Below the pieces are notes generated by a model. That model worked only from the letters and a program-made list of their open reading frames with translations. It was not told the origin of the DNA and searched no databases. From Camelus dromedarius (Eukaryota): a DNA stretch of 64,000 bases. The DNA lies in contig NC_087436.1 of NCBI RefSeq assembly GCF_036321535.1, positions 110,672,001 to 110,736,000 on the forward strand, given 5' to 3'. Numbering within the stretch: the stretch's first letter is position 1; each line of letters opens with the position of its first letter. This document shows, one piece after another, positions 25,501-38,690 of this stretch. A program made the position numbers and the translations under genes.

Positions 25501-26999
25501 CAACATAGTCTTAATCTCACTCTCTTTCATCCCCAGTTGACCTCACTCCCACCCTATGGAAGAGGGTAATCAGGTTTTCTTCTTTTTCCAGCATCTTAGA
25601 TCTTACACTATCCAACTGCTCTCTCCCCTCAGCCTAATGCTACAACTCTACTCTTTTAGGGAAGGTGTGGAAGATAAGAGAATAGTCTTCTCTTGAGCTG
25701 TCACCCCATTTTTTCTCCTTCCTTACCAACCAATTTTTAAAAGTACTAGTCTGAAGTTGCCATCTCTACTATAAGTGTATGGTTTGGATTTGTGTATTTC
25801 TGTTGCATATGGCCTCTAAGCCTCTTCTTTCCAAATGTGTACTTGTGTGGTTGGTTTTTTGGAACTAAGTAAAGGCATTTTAAAATGACATCTTGGTTTG
25901 AACCCATTGCCTCGGCTAATCAAATCTTTTGGGATCCTTAGTCTGATAGTCCACATATTTCCTTTTCCTTTCAGCTGTGAGTGATCTGTGAGTTTAAAAT
26001 GCATGCCTTCCATATGATCGGGACCTCATGAGTGAACGGGAATGGGTAAAGGGTACAACATTGATTTGGAATACACCTTAGCCCAGCCACAGAAACTGTA
26101 TTATCATTCTTTGACTATTTTCATATTCATTCTTTTGGATTGTTACATTTTCCACTGATGAAATTACATTCAAATTTTTGCTCAATAAATGGTAGGTTAA
26201 ACTGCTGTTACCATTTCAGAAACATTAGCAAAACTCTAAGTAGAATTATTTTTAAAAAACATTAAGAAACCCATGGGGTGTATGTACATTTGAACAAGAA
26301 CATAGAAATAATGAATGAAGGAGATAAAATAATTTAATGGCTGAAAATCTAGCTAGAAACAAAAGCACAAATGTCATATGTCCTATCAGACAGTCCTCAT
26401 TTTAGGCAACAATAGTTTTCCCAGAATGCCTCAGTGCATCATTACAGGTTCTTGTGCTGCCAGGTCTCATAAAAGCAGTGAATGTGATCAGAGTCAGCCC
26501 ATTTGTGTACAAAGGTTACCCTAACAGTCAAATGAGAGGGGCGCTGAATGAGAGAGTATTGAGATTTCAATGCCTATTCAACCTTTTACTTTTTAAAAAT
26601 TTTACAGGCCTAAAACTAGGCAAAGAGAGAATGTATCTAGTAAACTTGCCTCATAATTAGGGTAATCTTTAACAAAACATTGTATCTGATTTCAATAACT
26701 GCACAGCAATTAGATGATTATTGGTGCCCAGTAAAAATATACCATTAAGCATTAAGGGAAAAATACAGATGAACAATAATCACACTGCATTTCACATGGA
26801 CCTGTAACCTAAAGCATAATAATTATCATGTGTTATAATCTCTACAATATAAATAACAGTGTGAAGACCATTTCAGAGACAGAAAGTTAAAAAAAGAAAA
26901 AATTCAATCTTAAACCAAGAATCATATGTCAGCTAAAAACAAGAATGGACAACTGGGATGAAGGAACTAATAAAATATTATAATGAACTACACAATGTG

Positions 27000-27440
27000 A
27001 TTCTCACTACCAAGTCCATGGGCTCTACCTCTTGGGTGTATCCCTGCTGCCACTACCCTAGCTCCGGTCATCAACATGCCTTGCTTGGACTGGTACAGTA
27101 CTCTTATACACTCCAAAGTAGCTTCCTTGCTTCTGGCCTCTATCTGCTCCTGTGCACACCCTACCATGCTACTAGAATTCTCTTCTCAAAATAAAATTCT
27201 GATCATATATATCACTTCCAACTTAGAAGTCCCCATGGCTCCCCACTGTTTATAGAATAAAATCCAGGTTCCTTAGCAAGGCAATCAAAGTCCATCACTC
27301 CTAAACCCTCACTAATATCTTCAATCTCACCACTAGGCAATTGCCACCCTCACACTTCCAGCCTCCACCCTCCCACATGCTACATTCCAGCCATGGTAGA
27401 AGGTCCATCAGGCTCCCCCATGGCCCTGCTCTTGGCAGTT
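27000..27440 (+). mobile_element. L2 LINE fragment
   Basis: ccccatggctccccactgtttatagaataaaatccaggttccttagcaaggca is typical of L2; it continues after the MIR to about 28240. Confidence 0.75.
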
Positions 27441-27444
27441 TCTC

Positions 27445-27715
27445 TTGCAAGCAGAGCAGAGTGCTCACAAGCATGGACTCTGGAGCCTAAGGACCTGGGC
27501 CCAATCTCTTCAGTGCCTCTTCTTAGGTGTGTGGCATTGGAGAAGCTACTTAACTTCTTTGTGCCCATTTTTTGCATCTGTAAAAGGTGAATATAATTCA
27601 AGTGCCTACACATAGCATTTCTGAAAGGCTTAAATGGGGTATCACAAGTGCAATGCTTAGAACAGCAGTTGGTACACAATAAGCAGCATGTTAAGTATTA
27701 GGTTTTATTATTATC
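27445..27715 (+). mobile_element. MIR SINE (near full length)
   Basis: agcatggactctggagcc...gacctggg...tgtgtggcattggagaagctacttaacttctttgtgcc...catctgtaaaa...gcttagaacag. Confidence 0.88.
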
Positions 27716-28262
27716 ACTGACTCTTGGCACCTTTCTTCTATGGGCACATTCTTAGTGATCTTAATGACCCTCATCAAATGACATTTTTCCACAAACTTCA
27801 CCTCACCTACTTTATCACCACTGGACATAATAGACACTTCATTTTCTCCCATAGCATCTTAGAACTTTGATCATAAAATGGAATGACATTAACTCTCATT
27901 GTATTAAACACCTACTATGAGCTATGCAAATACTACACAAATAAATAAGGTAAATATAAGGATTACCACTATACAGATAAGGAGATCGAGAATCAGAGAT
28001 GCAAATGAACTTACTCAACCAGCTGATGGAAGAAGTGTAATTCAAATTCAACCCAATATGACCCAAATCTATTATCTTTTTTCCACATAATACAGCTGCC
28101 CAAGTACAACACTCATTACTCTGTATCAGATAGGTGCTTATTCTCTCTCTAGACTGTGAGCTTCATCTCATTTATCTTTTGATCATCAGCAACTTGCGTA
28201 GAGCCCAGCATGTTACATGTGTTCAGTAAATGTGTGTGGCCTTTGGAAATCATATTCTAAGG

Positions 28263-28577
28263 GAGCACTGTCCAACAGAAATATAATGTGAGCCACACAA
28301 GCAATTTTAAATTCCCTAGTAGCCAACTGAAAAAGATTAAAAAAAATCAAAATTTATTCTAATAATGTTCTACTAATCCACTGTATCTGCAATGTTATCA
28401 TTTTAACATGCAATCAATATAAAAATGTTAGTAAGATATTCCGCCTTCTTTTCACAGGCTAAGTCTTTGAAATCCAGGGTGTCCTTTATACTTAACAGAC
28501 ATATAAACTCAAAATGGCCACAGTTCAAGTGCTCACTAGCCACTGTTATTAGTGGCTACTTTATTGGACAGTGTAGG
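28263..28577. mobile_element. MER33-type hAT-Charlie MITE
   Basis: Terminal inverted repeats gcactgtccaacagaa ... ttattggacagtgt; internal aatataatgtgagccac and ttcaagtgctcactagccac. Confidence 0.85.
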
Positions 28578-28580
28578 TTG

Positions 28581-28912
28581 AAGCTGTCCCTTGGTATCCA
28601 TGGGAGATTGGTTCTAGGACCCCCTAACAGACACCAAAATCTGTGGATGCTCAAGTCCCTTATTTAAAAAGTGGCATAATATTTGCATATAACCTATACA
28701 TATCATCCTGTATACTTTAAATCATCTCTAGACTACTTATAATATCTAATACAATGTAAATGATACACAAATATTTGTAAATACAATATAAATGATATGT
28801 AAATAGTTGCCAGTGCACAGCAAATTCAAGTTTTGCTCTTTGGAATTTTCTGGATTTTTAAAAAATATTTTCAATCTGTAGTTGGTTGAATTCATGGATA
28901 CAGAGCTGACTG
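28581..28912. mobile_element. MER2-type TcMar-Tigger MITE
   Basis: gtcccttggtatccatgggagattggttctaggaccccc...ggatgctcaagtccct...gttggttgaattcatggatacagagctgactg followed by TA. Confidence 0.88.
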
Positions 28913-30389
28913 TAAACTGTAAACGTGCAACTAAACGGAACATCACCCACTCTGTGGAGGGCAACTCAGACCATCAAAGGACACAACACACACTCTCAAT
29001 CTCAACATAGTCCCTTCCCCTCATTCAGACAATGGCTCTACTTTCTACACTAGGTCACTGGGGCCTTTGCAAACCTTTGATATTCATGGTTATTTTAGCT
29101 CTTTACTGCTTTGGACAAAGTTCACAGGAAACTATTGAATAAAACTCCCTTTTTAATCCAAAGTAAACTCACTGGGTTTACCTACAGTATTTCTGAGTTC
29201 CCACTGCCTACCAGACACTTTGTGGGTAGGGGAGAAATAAGTGTACACCTGCACATATAGCATTTGCTTTGAACCTTTCTTGTGGCATTTTTCAAGTTCT
29301 GTCTTGTGTTTGAACTAATTGCCTACAGTACATCTTTGCACACAAGATTTAAAGTTCGAGTTCCATGTGTTTTACCTGACACATCACTAAGCACCCAATG
29401 GTACGCCTTGACTCATGTAGCACTCAACAGATAGTTATGGGATGAAGAGTCTCATGGAGTTTACCATGGACTTAGAGTACAGTTCAAGTGCGGACACGTG
29501 ACTGTGGGTAGGCTTGGTCATCGACGTCTTCAAGGTTAAAATATAAATGAATTAGAAATAAGCTCTTAATTAAAGAATGAGGATGAAAAAGCACATTGTG
29601 GGCAGAAAAACTAGGCCAAAAACCCCTCAGAGGCAGGAAATTATCTAATAGATCCTTACATCGCACTCAGTGTGTGCAATGCACTGTTCAAAGAACTTTT
29701 CAAAAGTTAACTCATTTAAGCTTCATGCCAGACCACTAAATTCAGCCCAGTTTTGCAGATGAGAAAAAGTGGTTAAGTGACTTGCAAAGCCTACTCTGTT
29801 AAAAAGCAGCAACGCTGAGATTTGAATACAGAGTCTACTTCCAGGGCCCATGCTCTTAACTGCGATGCTAAACTGTCTCTTTGTGATAATAGTCTGCTAC
29901 AATTAAGCTTTATGTCCTTAACTTATGTGGTTCTTGACAGACTAGTGAAGTGTTTTGGATTATCCTGAAGTGAAAAAGGATACAGCGTAGTTCTGATTTA
30001 ATAAATCACTAAAATCACCTGCGGGGAATTCTGCAGGCTAGGGAATCAGCATGAATATTTGAATAAATACCAGGGGTTCCTAGCCATCAAGTCACTTTAC
30101 AAGGAAAGTATAAGCAATGTCTATCTGTGACATCCCACCACCGGGTAAATGTAACCAGCCTAGGAGTCATATTACAAGGAGATGTATTTACTAGAGCTTT
30201 GGGGACATTCTGGTGACAAACATCACTAATACAGGCTCTTTGTTTTTCTTTCAAAAATGTTTTGGTTGTCATGTAATCACAACCAATAGTATTTTGTTTT
30301 GTTTTGTTTTACTTTCTCCCAGTGGCTATTTTGGAAAAATCAAGGAATAAAATAAAATAAAATCATCAAAAATGTGTATTTTGGTTCTT

Positions 30390-31620
30390 TCCAATTCAGT
30401 TTGGCAAATAAGTTAGGCCCCACCAGGCGCCAGGTTCTCTGCAGGGCAATAGGGAAAGCAAGATGAGTAAAGCACAATTCCTCCCTCAAGGAGCGTAAAA
30501 TCTTACAGATATGTAAATAAATGGCTATTACAATGCTAAGACAAATGCTGCACCAGAATTAGAAGCAGATGTTTTGTAAATTCAAAAGAAGCCACAGCTA
30601 ATTTTATGGGGTGGAAGGAATGAATATTTGCATGATTACTAATATTTTTTTCAAAGGCTTATTTAAAAAAATATTCAACTGACTACAATGAAAGAAAGAA
30701 TGACAGAAATATAGTTCAAACTGTGAGAATTCTGAGGAAAGAGTAACTGCACCGTGGGAAGTAAGGAAAAGCTTTAAGAAGGCAGAGATGTTTGAGCTGA
30801 GTTAAGGAGTACATCAGGTGTTTTAGGTGACAATGTCATAAGGTCACTTAAGCAGAGGAAGTCCGTGCAAAAGATCAGAGGTATAAAATTTCATGGCAGG
30901 AGGGAGTAACTGCTCTGCATCTAAAGAACTCTTATTATGTCTCTGCTGGCAGTGGGATCTGGGGGCAATCATTGCATATAATTCCAAAACGTTTAGTAAG
31001 AACTTACCATGCACCACCACCTTGCAATGTGATAGGGATACAATGATCTATAGGATGTGGTTCCTCTTCCTGAAGAGTTCAAACCTAGTAAGGGAAACAA
31101 ACATGTGAATAAATAATTGTCCGTCAGTGGAACAGTTGCTATAACAGAGGGCCAGTATAAGGTACAGTGGTGCCATTCAATTCAACCTAAGGCTAAAGGA
31201 AGACTGATCTAAAGCTGTAATATTTGAACTGGTTCTTAAAGATGAATAAGAGTTGTCCATGAAACAATAAAAAAAGGAAAGATTCTTTCAGACAAAGGGA
31301 GCATGTAAAAGATAAAACTATGTGAAACATTATAGTAAATTCTGGGAAAGCAGGAGTTTGGCATCAGTTCAAAGATGGAAATGAACAGACATAAGACTGG
31401 GAGGGGTACTCAGGTGCCAGTGGGTTAGGAAGTAGCAGAAAGGATGGGGTTGAGAATATTTCAGAGGCAGAACCAGCATAATGCTGTGACCATTTAGACT
31501 AGGTGAGAGTAAGAATAATTACTGGTTTCTGGATTGAGCTCTTAGATGAATAGTGAAAACAGTACCTGAGATATAGCAGGTGCTGTTAAAGAGAAAGATG
31601 ATGACATGGAGAAGTGGAGG
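30390..31620 (-). mobile_element. L2 LINE fragments (several)
   Basis: Purine-rich antisense L2-like blocks (ctccctcaaggagcgtaaaatct; tttgagctgag; ggttcttaaagatgaataagagtt). Confidence 0.55.
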
Positions 31621-32547
31621 TTGATGTTGTAAAGCAGGAATACTATAAAAAGGAAGCAACCATTCAAGCTTTTGATGACACCAATCTATCAGACAAATCT
31701 GCTGTCTGCCCTTATCTACTATTTACTTTGTGTTTCTTCTAAAATAAAAGAGCAATCAATCTTGACATTCACCCCAGTTCCCGGGCTTGGCTATCCCTCC
31801 TACCTGGGATGTTCATTGCAAAAATGGGTCACATTAAAACAAATCAATCAAGTTGTGTCTGCTAAGTTAACATCTCTGTAGGAAGTTAATTGACCCTACT
31901 TCTGACACAAGCCCGCATGACAGATGAGAAGTGAGGGAAGATGGGACATAGCCAGCAGTTCATGACGCAAACAATAAGGAGATGTCCTCCTTCTATAAAT
32001 GGACTGTCTGGATAGAAGGCGATCCATGGAGCAAATCTGTGGGGAAGGTCAGAAGGTTAACAGGTGTCTGAGGGTGAGGACAGCAGGCTTGCAGCCACAG
32101 CTGCCATGGCAACTCCAGGGATGCAATCAGACTCAGACAATGACAGGAAAAAACTGGAGGGGACACCCTTTCTCTGCCTCAGGGAAAAAGAGGGGCACAG
32201 GGCAGAAAGGGCACAAATGCACTCGATTTGCAATCATAAGGTCTGGCTTCATGCCCGACTTCATGGACACAATGCAGAATTTATCGGAAATTAATTAACC
32301 CATTATTAAAAGGAGGTTCATGATACCTAGGTCACCTCTTACCAGCTAGATATTACGGGACAAGTTTCCTATTCTTTCAAAGCCTCTGTTTTCTCATCAG
32401 TAAAATGGGCTGACACCTTTCTGGTTTTACAAAACTGTTCTGATAAGTACAGGTAGTAATTTAAGGGAAGGTGCTTGGTAGAGTGAAAATTGGTAAACAT
32501 ATTCTAAGGTCAAGGGGATCTTGGATCAGCAACTGAAAAAGAAAAAT

Positions 32548-33165
32548 TCTCATCTCAACTCTATTATGTCCTAAATTTGGGATCTAGCACATCATGTAGT
32601 TTCTCTGAACCTCAAAACAAAGAGTTGGGACTAGACACAGTCCTTGTATTTCCTTGTAGCTCAAATATTTTTATGCTTTAGGCATACTGGTTAGCCCCTT
32701 GGAGTTTGGGGTCACTTGAGAAGTTTCTGGTAGCCTGGAGAGAATGCTGCATTCAGTTGTAAGCTCTAAATTTTATTTCCTCTCCAGCTTCTTAGTAACT
32801 ATGTGACCCTTTGGAAATTTACATAACCTCTCAGAGCCGTGGCTTCCTCTTCTGTAAAATGGATCTTAAATATCACGCATAAAAGTGCTTCACTAGGCAT
32901 AAAGAACTAAATAAATATAAACTACTTATTGCCATCTAGGCCGAATTGCAATCCAGTTCAATCACTACAACCTAACAGTCTTCCTGATGCTCTTGAAATC
33001 CGAATCAATAATAAACCAGCCACTGACAGAGTGTAAGCTGGACACACCTGCCTGGTGTTCCAAGGAATCTAAACGCTGAATAAGCCACTGTCATGGACTG
33101 AATGTTCATGTCTCCCAAAATTCCTATGTTGCAGTCCTAACCCCCAGAGCCACGGTATTAAGAGG
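32548..33165 (+). repeat. Left arm of 618-bp inverted repeat
   Basis: Line-by-line reverse complement of 33611-34228; only 2 mismatches (32578/34198, 33153/33623). Confidence 0.97.
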
Positions 33166-33330
33166 ACAAAAATGATAAGGAGGCTTGTATCTTACCAAAT
33201 AAAAGGTGAGTAAAGAAGGGGGTAGAAACTTAAATAAAAGAGTTGAGTTGAAACTCCTGGTAAACAAAACATTTCTATAGTTGACAGTCTGTGTTTGAGA
33301 AGGGGTGTCTGTACTGGCCGCCACAGTGGC

Positions 33331-33687
33331 TGGCAGTCTGCTCAGGCTGCTGCAGCAAAAATGGATGACTTAAATAACACACATTATTGCTCTCCGTCCT
33401 GGAGGCTGGGAATTCCAGGGCTAGCGGGCCGGTGATTTGGTTCTTGGCGAAAGCCCTTTTCTGGGCTTGCAGATTCCACCTTCTCACTGTGTCCTCACGT
33501 GGAGGAGAGAGGAAACTCTGGTGTCTTTCCCTTCTAGAAGGGCACTAATCCCATCTTAAGGCCCTACCCACTTGACCTCAGCTAACCCTAATTACCTCTC
33601 AAAGACCTCACCTCTTAATACCTTGGCTCTGGGGGTTAGGACTGCAACATAGGAATTTTGGGAGACATGAACATTCAGTCCATGACA
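33331..33687 (-). mobile_element. MLT1A/B-type MaLR solo LTR
   Basis: gtctgctcaggctgc...ggcactaatcccatc...gaacattcagtccatgaca; 5-bp TSD gtggc at 33326-33330 and 33688-33692. Confidence 0.9.
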
Positions 33688-34228
33688 GTGGCTTATTCAG
33701 CGTTTAGATTCCTTGGAACACCAGGCAGGTGTGTCCAGCTTACACTCTGTCAGTGGCTGGTTTATTATTGATTCGGATTTCAAGAGCATCAGGAAGACTG
33801 TTAGGTTGTAGTGATTGAACTGGATTGCAATTCGGCCTAGATGGCAATAAGTAGTTTATATTTATTTAGTTCTTTATGCCTAGTGAAGCACTTTTATGCG
33901 TGATATTTAAGATCCATTTTACAGAAGAGGAAGCCACGGCTCTGAGAGGTTATGTAAATTTCCAAAGGGTCACATAGTTACTAAGAAGCTGGAGAGGAAA
34001 TAAAATTTAGAGCTTACAACTGAATGCAGCATTCTCTCCAGGCTACCAGAAACTTCTCAAGTGACCCCAAACTCCAAGGGGCTAACCAGTATGCCTAAAG
34101 CATAAAAATATTTGAGCTACAAGGAAATACAAGGACTGTGTCTAGTCCCAACTCTTTGTTTTGAGGTTCAGAGAAACTACATGATGTGCTAGATCCCGAA
34201 TTTAGGACATAATAGAGTTGAGATGAGA
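33611..34228 (-). repeat. Right arm of 618-bp inverted repeat
   Basis: Reverse complement of 32548-33165. Confidence 0.97.
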
Positions 34229-34719
34229 TTATTACATACTCTATTCTATTCAGTTGCCAGACGGGTATAGCCTGTTGTCTGAGACATACTGAATGTCCAG
34301 TAATTGGTCGTTGGCAATATTATTAAAGCACCTTAAACCCCAGCCAAGCTGAGAAGTTTTGACATTCTCAAGCCTGCCTCGGCCTTCTAGTCCATGATTC
34401 CCACAGCTCACAATGGCCTTCCTCCTTAGGCAACTCTGGGAAAGTGTGTTTATGCCTCTCTACTGGCCACATCATACTTTATCTGAGGGCTATGTAAGCA
34501 AACGGCTTCACTTTTCTGCTAAACTCTCAGCTCCGTGAGAACGAGGCACATGTCCAGCTCATTTCTGTGTGTAGCACAGTGCCTCGCTGAAAGCTAGTGA
34601 TCAAGGTCTGTTTACGTGTTTGAATGAGTGGAGGAATTGATAAACAGGGATGACATCTGCTGAGGGCTGGTGTCAATTTCAGCAAATGTCCTTCTTCCAC
34701 AGTCTAAACCATCCTGGCT

Positions 34720-34870
34720 GTGTGTTGTATTGACCTGACTGTGGTGATAGTCCTAAGAGGGCCTGCATACGTTCAGACTCATCAAATTGCAGACATTAAA
34801 CATGGACAGATTTTTTGTATATTATTTACATCTCATAAAGCTGTTTATAACAAAAGAATAATAAATAAAC
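34720..34870 (+). mobile_element. Old L1 3' UTR fragment
   Basis: ctgactgtggtgatag...cagactcatcaaattgcagacattaaacatggacag...tttacatctcataaagctgttt. Confidence 0.7.
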
Positions 34871-37629
34871 CACATTTGCCAACAGTGTGGAGAGGAATTA
34901 AAAGTCTGAATCATAGATATCACACCTGCCCTTTGACCTTTGATCAAGGAAAGAGGTAATTGGTCCTGCTCTGTTAGCACTTGTTTCTAAGGAACTGCTG
35001 ATAGCCTCCTGGCTATCTTCTCCAGTGAAAGGGATGGAAAGTTCAGGATAAACGCATGTTCCCTTTTGAGTATATCTGCCTACAATGAAGAAAGCAGCAG
35101 TGATGGCTACAAAACCTTTCATCCAACCCATTACTCTAGGGTTTAATCATTTTAGCCCTATCTAGGATGATGCTGGATAAATTGAGTTCCTCTGTTTCTT
35201 AGTTTTCCCCATCTATAAAATGGGTATAGCATAAATATATGAATAAAATCATCACCCTGAAGTTAAAGACTACTAACTTTACCACTTACTCCGTCAGGCT
35301 GCAGGCTTCACTCAGCTCAGACCTCCTAGTGCTAAGCCTCCAGGTGCTGTCGTCAAGCTGGTGATACTAACATGTGTAGACATGCATTCATTTCTAGAGG
35401 AGGAAAGGAACTAGTATTTATTGAATATCTGTAATGGGTTCAGACATTATGCTAAGCACTTAACAGATCAGGTCTCACTTGAGTAGATACATTTAAAAGT
35501 CCTCTGATGGGGGTCAGAGAATTTCAGTGAGCCAACGTCACATAGCTAGTAAATTACAGTGCTGAGTTCCATTTATTTGTTATTTTTGTTTTTTATTATG
35601 AGTTTAAAGTCTTTGCTGAAACTCAGGCTGATCTGACACTAAGTAGAAGAAAGATTTACATTTGTATAGTCTATCCTTTCAGCAGAATTCTTCAGGTTCT
35701 CACTTTGCTCACAGCAAACCCATTATGAGGTAAAAGCACAGAGGAAGTACCTTAAGATTTGGGAGAATAAGGCTCAATATTAACTGTGCACCTTTAAGAG
35801 GCAGGTATGAAGAGAAATGCTAAGTATCATGCTACAATTTGCCATACTCCCAGAATTATTCTTTTAATGAACATAATGGATACCTGTTGGTGAACTTCTA
35901 GAATGCTTAAAACCCTCTTAACCACCACACACCACTGTGTCCCAGGTCTGAGTCTTTCTATTGTTAGGAGACAAGAAGGAGGGACAAGCTTAGGGGGGAA
36001 AAAAAAACAAGTATGTTGGAGTCACATAGACTGAGATCCAAACCTGACTTTATCATGGAGGGAACTTAGACCAGTTTTACCACTAGGACATTTGTTCCAG
36101 GATTACAGGAACCATTTCTGTCTTGCTTACTGCTCCATGCCAGCACCTGGAAGGATGCTTGGTACATAGGCGGGGGTAATTAGTGCTTGTCTAACAGATG
36201 TCTTGAAATCACTTGATGATGTAACAAGTACACAATAAATGAGATGTAGAACTTATTCAGAATTTAGAATTTAGAATTTGATTATTCTAAACTTGTTGAA
36301 GTTACCCAATGTTAGAAGTGGAAAGATTGGAGACCACGTCTCTTTGTAGCTGAAGAAACCATAGCTAATGACTTGCCCTGAGTCACCCAGCTAGGATTGA
36401 ACCTGGAATTTCTGATATGTTCTTGGCTACATTTAGTAATTTTGTATATATGCCCATAGACTCTTAGACATGGTTGTTTAACAACAAAACAATAAAAGCT
36501 TGCAGAAAGCCTTTCAGATGATATCACGATTGTCTCTTGCATATTCAGTTTGTAGAGAAGGAACTAAAAACAAGGCTCCAAAGAAAGATCTCCAAGTTGT
36601 TGTGAACTCACCAGAAACAATGCGGGGGTTGGACCCACAGACCACGGGCAGAGTTCTTACTGAGACCCTTTTGAGTAACAGCGAACTGCAGACAGCCCTG
36701 CGAACGTGTCAGGCTGAAATAGCTCCTGTTCTCACAGCGGCCACTGTGTTGTCCTTGGGTCCAGTTTCTAAGAGATTAGAAGCTCCTGGACCCCAAACAT
36801 AATGCATGTACAAGATGCCTGTGTTTGATGCAAATCACAAAGGAAAAGAAATGTCATGAAAGAAATTGTAGTATTCTTTGTACAAAGGGAAAAAAAGAAA
36901 GATATGGGCAGCTGAAAATCTAGCCCACGTGGTTCAAATTCCATTTCATTAATATTTCTTTGGTTGTGTTCTCAGTTAAGGTGTAAGCTGTGGTCTAGTT
37001 AATGCAAAGTGTGCCTTTAGTTGCAAACCTTTGGCACGTGCTCAGGAGGGCTGATTTGCACTACTTCCCCACAACAGAAACTCCATCCTAGGGGGTTGCT
37101 TAAGCCCCTCACACCTAGCACATTTCCCAGGCTAAATGTGTATCTGCTTTTCTTTTTCATAATACTTGATAAGCATTAATAAACAGACAGCCTTCACTCA
37201 CAGCTCTGTAAAAAAAACAGTATTTCTTATTTAAGCTGTACTTTAAAATGCCCCAGGAAATATGGCTGTTTTGTTTACGCTACTTTCTGAGAGATTTTCA
37301 CCCTCAAGAGGTCAGAGTAACATAGAAGCAGACTGACTTCACCGTTACTGGGAGCAGCATTGCAGCTCAGCCTCCAGATGAGCCTGCCTCCTCATTAGCT
37401 TCCTGTACTCATCAAAGAGCGACCCAAGCCAGCACTATTCCTGCCAGTTTGTTTGTAACTTGACTGAAAAGTTAAATCCTTCACCTCCATCCCCCTCCCC
37501 CGCCAACCATCCAAATAACCCCCAAATCACTAAGTTTCTCTGCTTCCTTATTTTGGCATCTTACTCTCAAGGCAGCCCTATTGCAAAGTATATTCTATTT
37601 CAAAAGAACACCTGAGCTGAAGGAGGCCC

Positions 37630-38440
37630 TTGAACTCCCAGGAGAGCAGCCCAGGCTGGTTCTCACGGTGACAGCAGCAAAGCAAGAGGGAGCAGAATCC
37701 TCAAAGACCTCTTGAGACATAGACACAGAAAGGTCACATTGTTACTGCTACCGTATTCTTGTGGAAATAAATGGAGACCACCTAAATGAGAGCAAGCTAA
37801 GGCTATTTATTCAGAGACTGGCATAGCGAGGGAGTCAGCCACCATCACTTGCATTTGGCAGAGACTCAAAGGCAGGCAGAGGAGTAAGAAATCATTACAG
37901 TGGAAAACAGGGGAAGGCTTCAGGTGTTTGCTGGTTGGAGGCTGTTGGCCTGAGGACCTGTAGCCGGGCTAACTAGAACGGGGTCATCCTCTGTGATTGG
38001 CTAGAGGTGCCCATTCGGCTTTCTTTGGTTGGCCCTAATTTGGAAGTGAGGTCAAAAATTGGGAGAGCTGTCAGTTATTAATCAAGTCCTGGCCATTCGG
38101 AGCCAATTGTTACAGAGATTATTATTTGACTTCCTAGTCTGGCTGCTCCAGACAGTGGTTTGACTCCTTGGCTACTACAGGTAGTAGGTTGGCCTCCTGG
38201 ACTGGTTGCTGCAGGTTGTAGGTGAGAGATCACTTTTTGTGCATAGTCGGGCCATTGTCCATTTGTATTATACAGTTTCCCATTCTGTTGACAAAGTAAG
38301 TCACAAAACTAGCTTATATCCAACAGTGGGTAAATAGACTCTATATTTTTGTGGCAAAAGCTACAAAGCCACATTGCAAAGGATATGGATACAAGGATGT
38401 CATTAAGTGAGTTTATTAAGGCAGTAAACCTCCAACAAAC
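37630..38440 (-). mobile_element. MLT1-family LTR interrupted by an ERV1 LTR
   Basis: ctgctaccgtattct | gttgacaaagtaagtcacaaaactagc...aaatagactc...aagccacattgcaaaggatatggataca is contiguous once the insert is removed. Confidence 0.7.
37760..38282 (-). mobile_element. ERV1-class solo LTR
   Basis: TG...CA termini with perfect 4-bp TSD ttct (37756-37759, 38283-38286); antisense AATAAA (tttatt) near 37806. Confidence 0.85.
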
Positions 38441-38690
38441 GTCCAGAATGTGCTAAGGAACTGGATGTGAATTATGAAAAAAGCCAGGTGCCAAGTGCTT
38501 TTGCTCTACGTAACTGGAAGAACAGAGTCATAAAACATAGAAGACATGGAGTAGAATTGGCAGATCCATCTTGGCTTTGATACCCTGCAAGGCTATTGCA
38601 GTGGACTAAGTGGAGATGTCAACTGGATGTACAAGTCAGGGGTCCCTAGACTGGAAATAATAGTTTGGAGGGAGTGACTACAAGGAGAAA

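Noticed and set aside
32548..34228. Inverted repeat as terminal repeats of a DNA transposon or a CRISPR-like/prokaryotic system
   Set aside because: Arms are made of local genomic DNA with MIR/MLT1 fragments; there is no TSD, transposase or repeat-spacer array.
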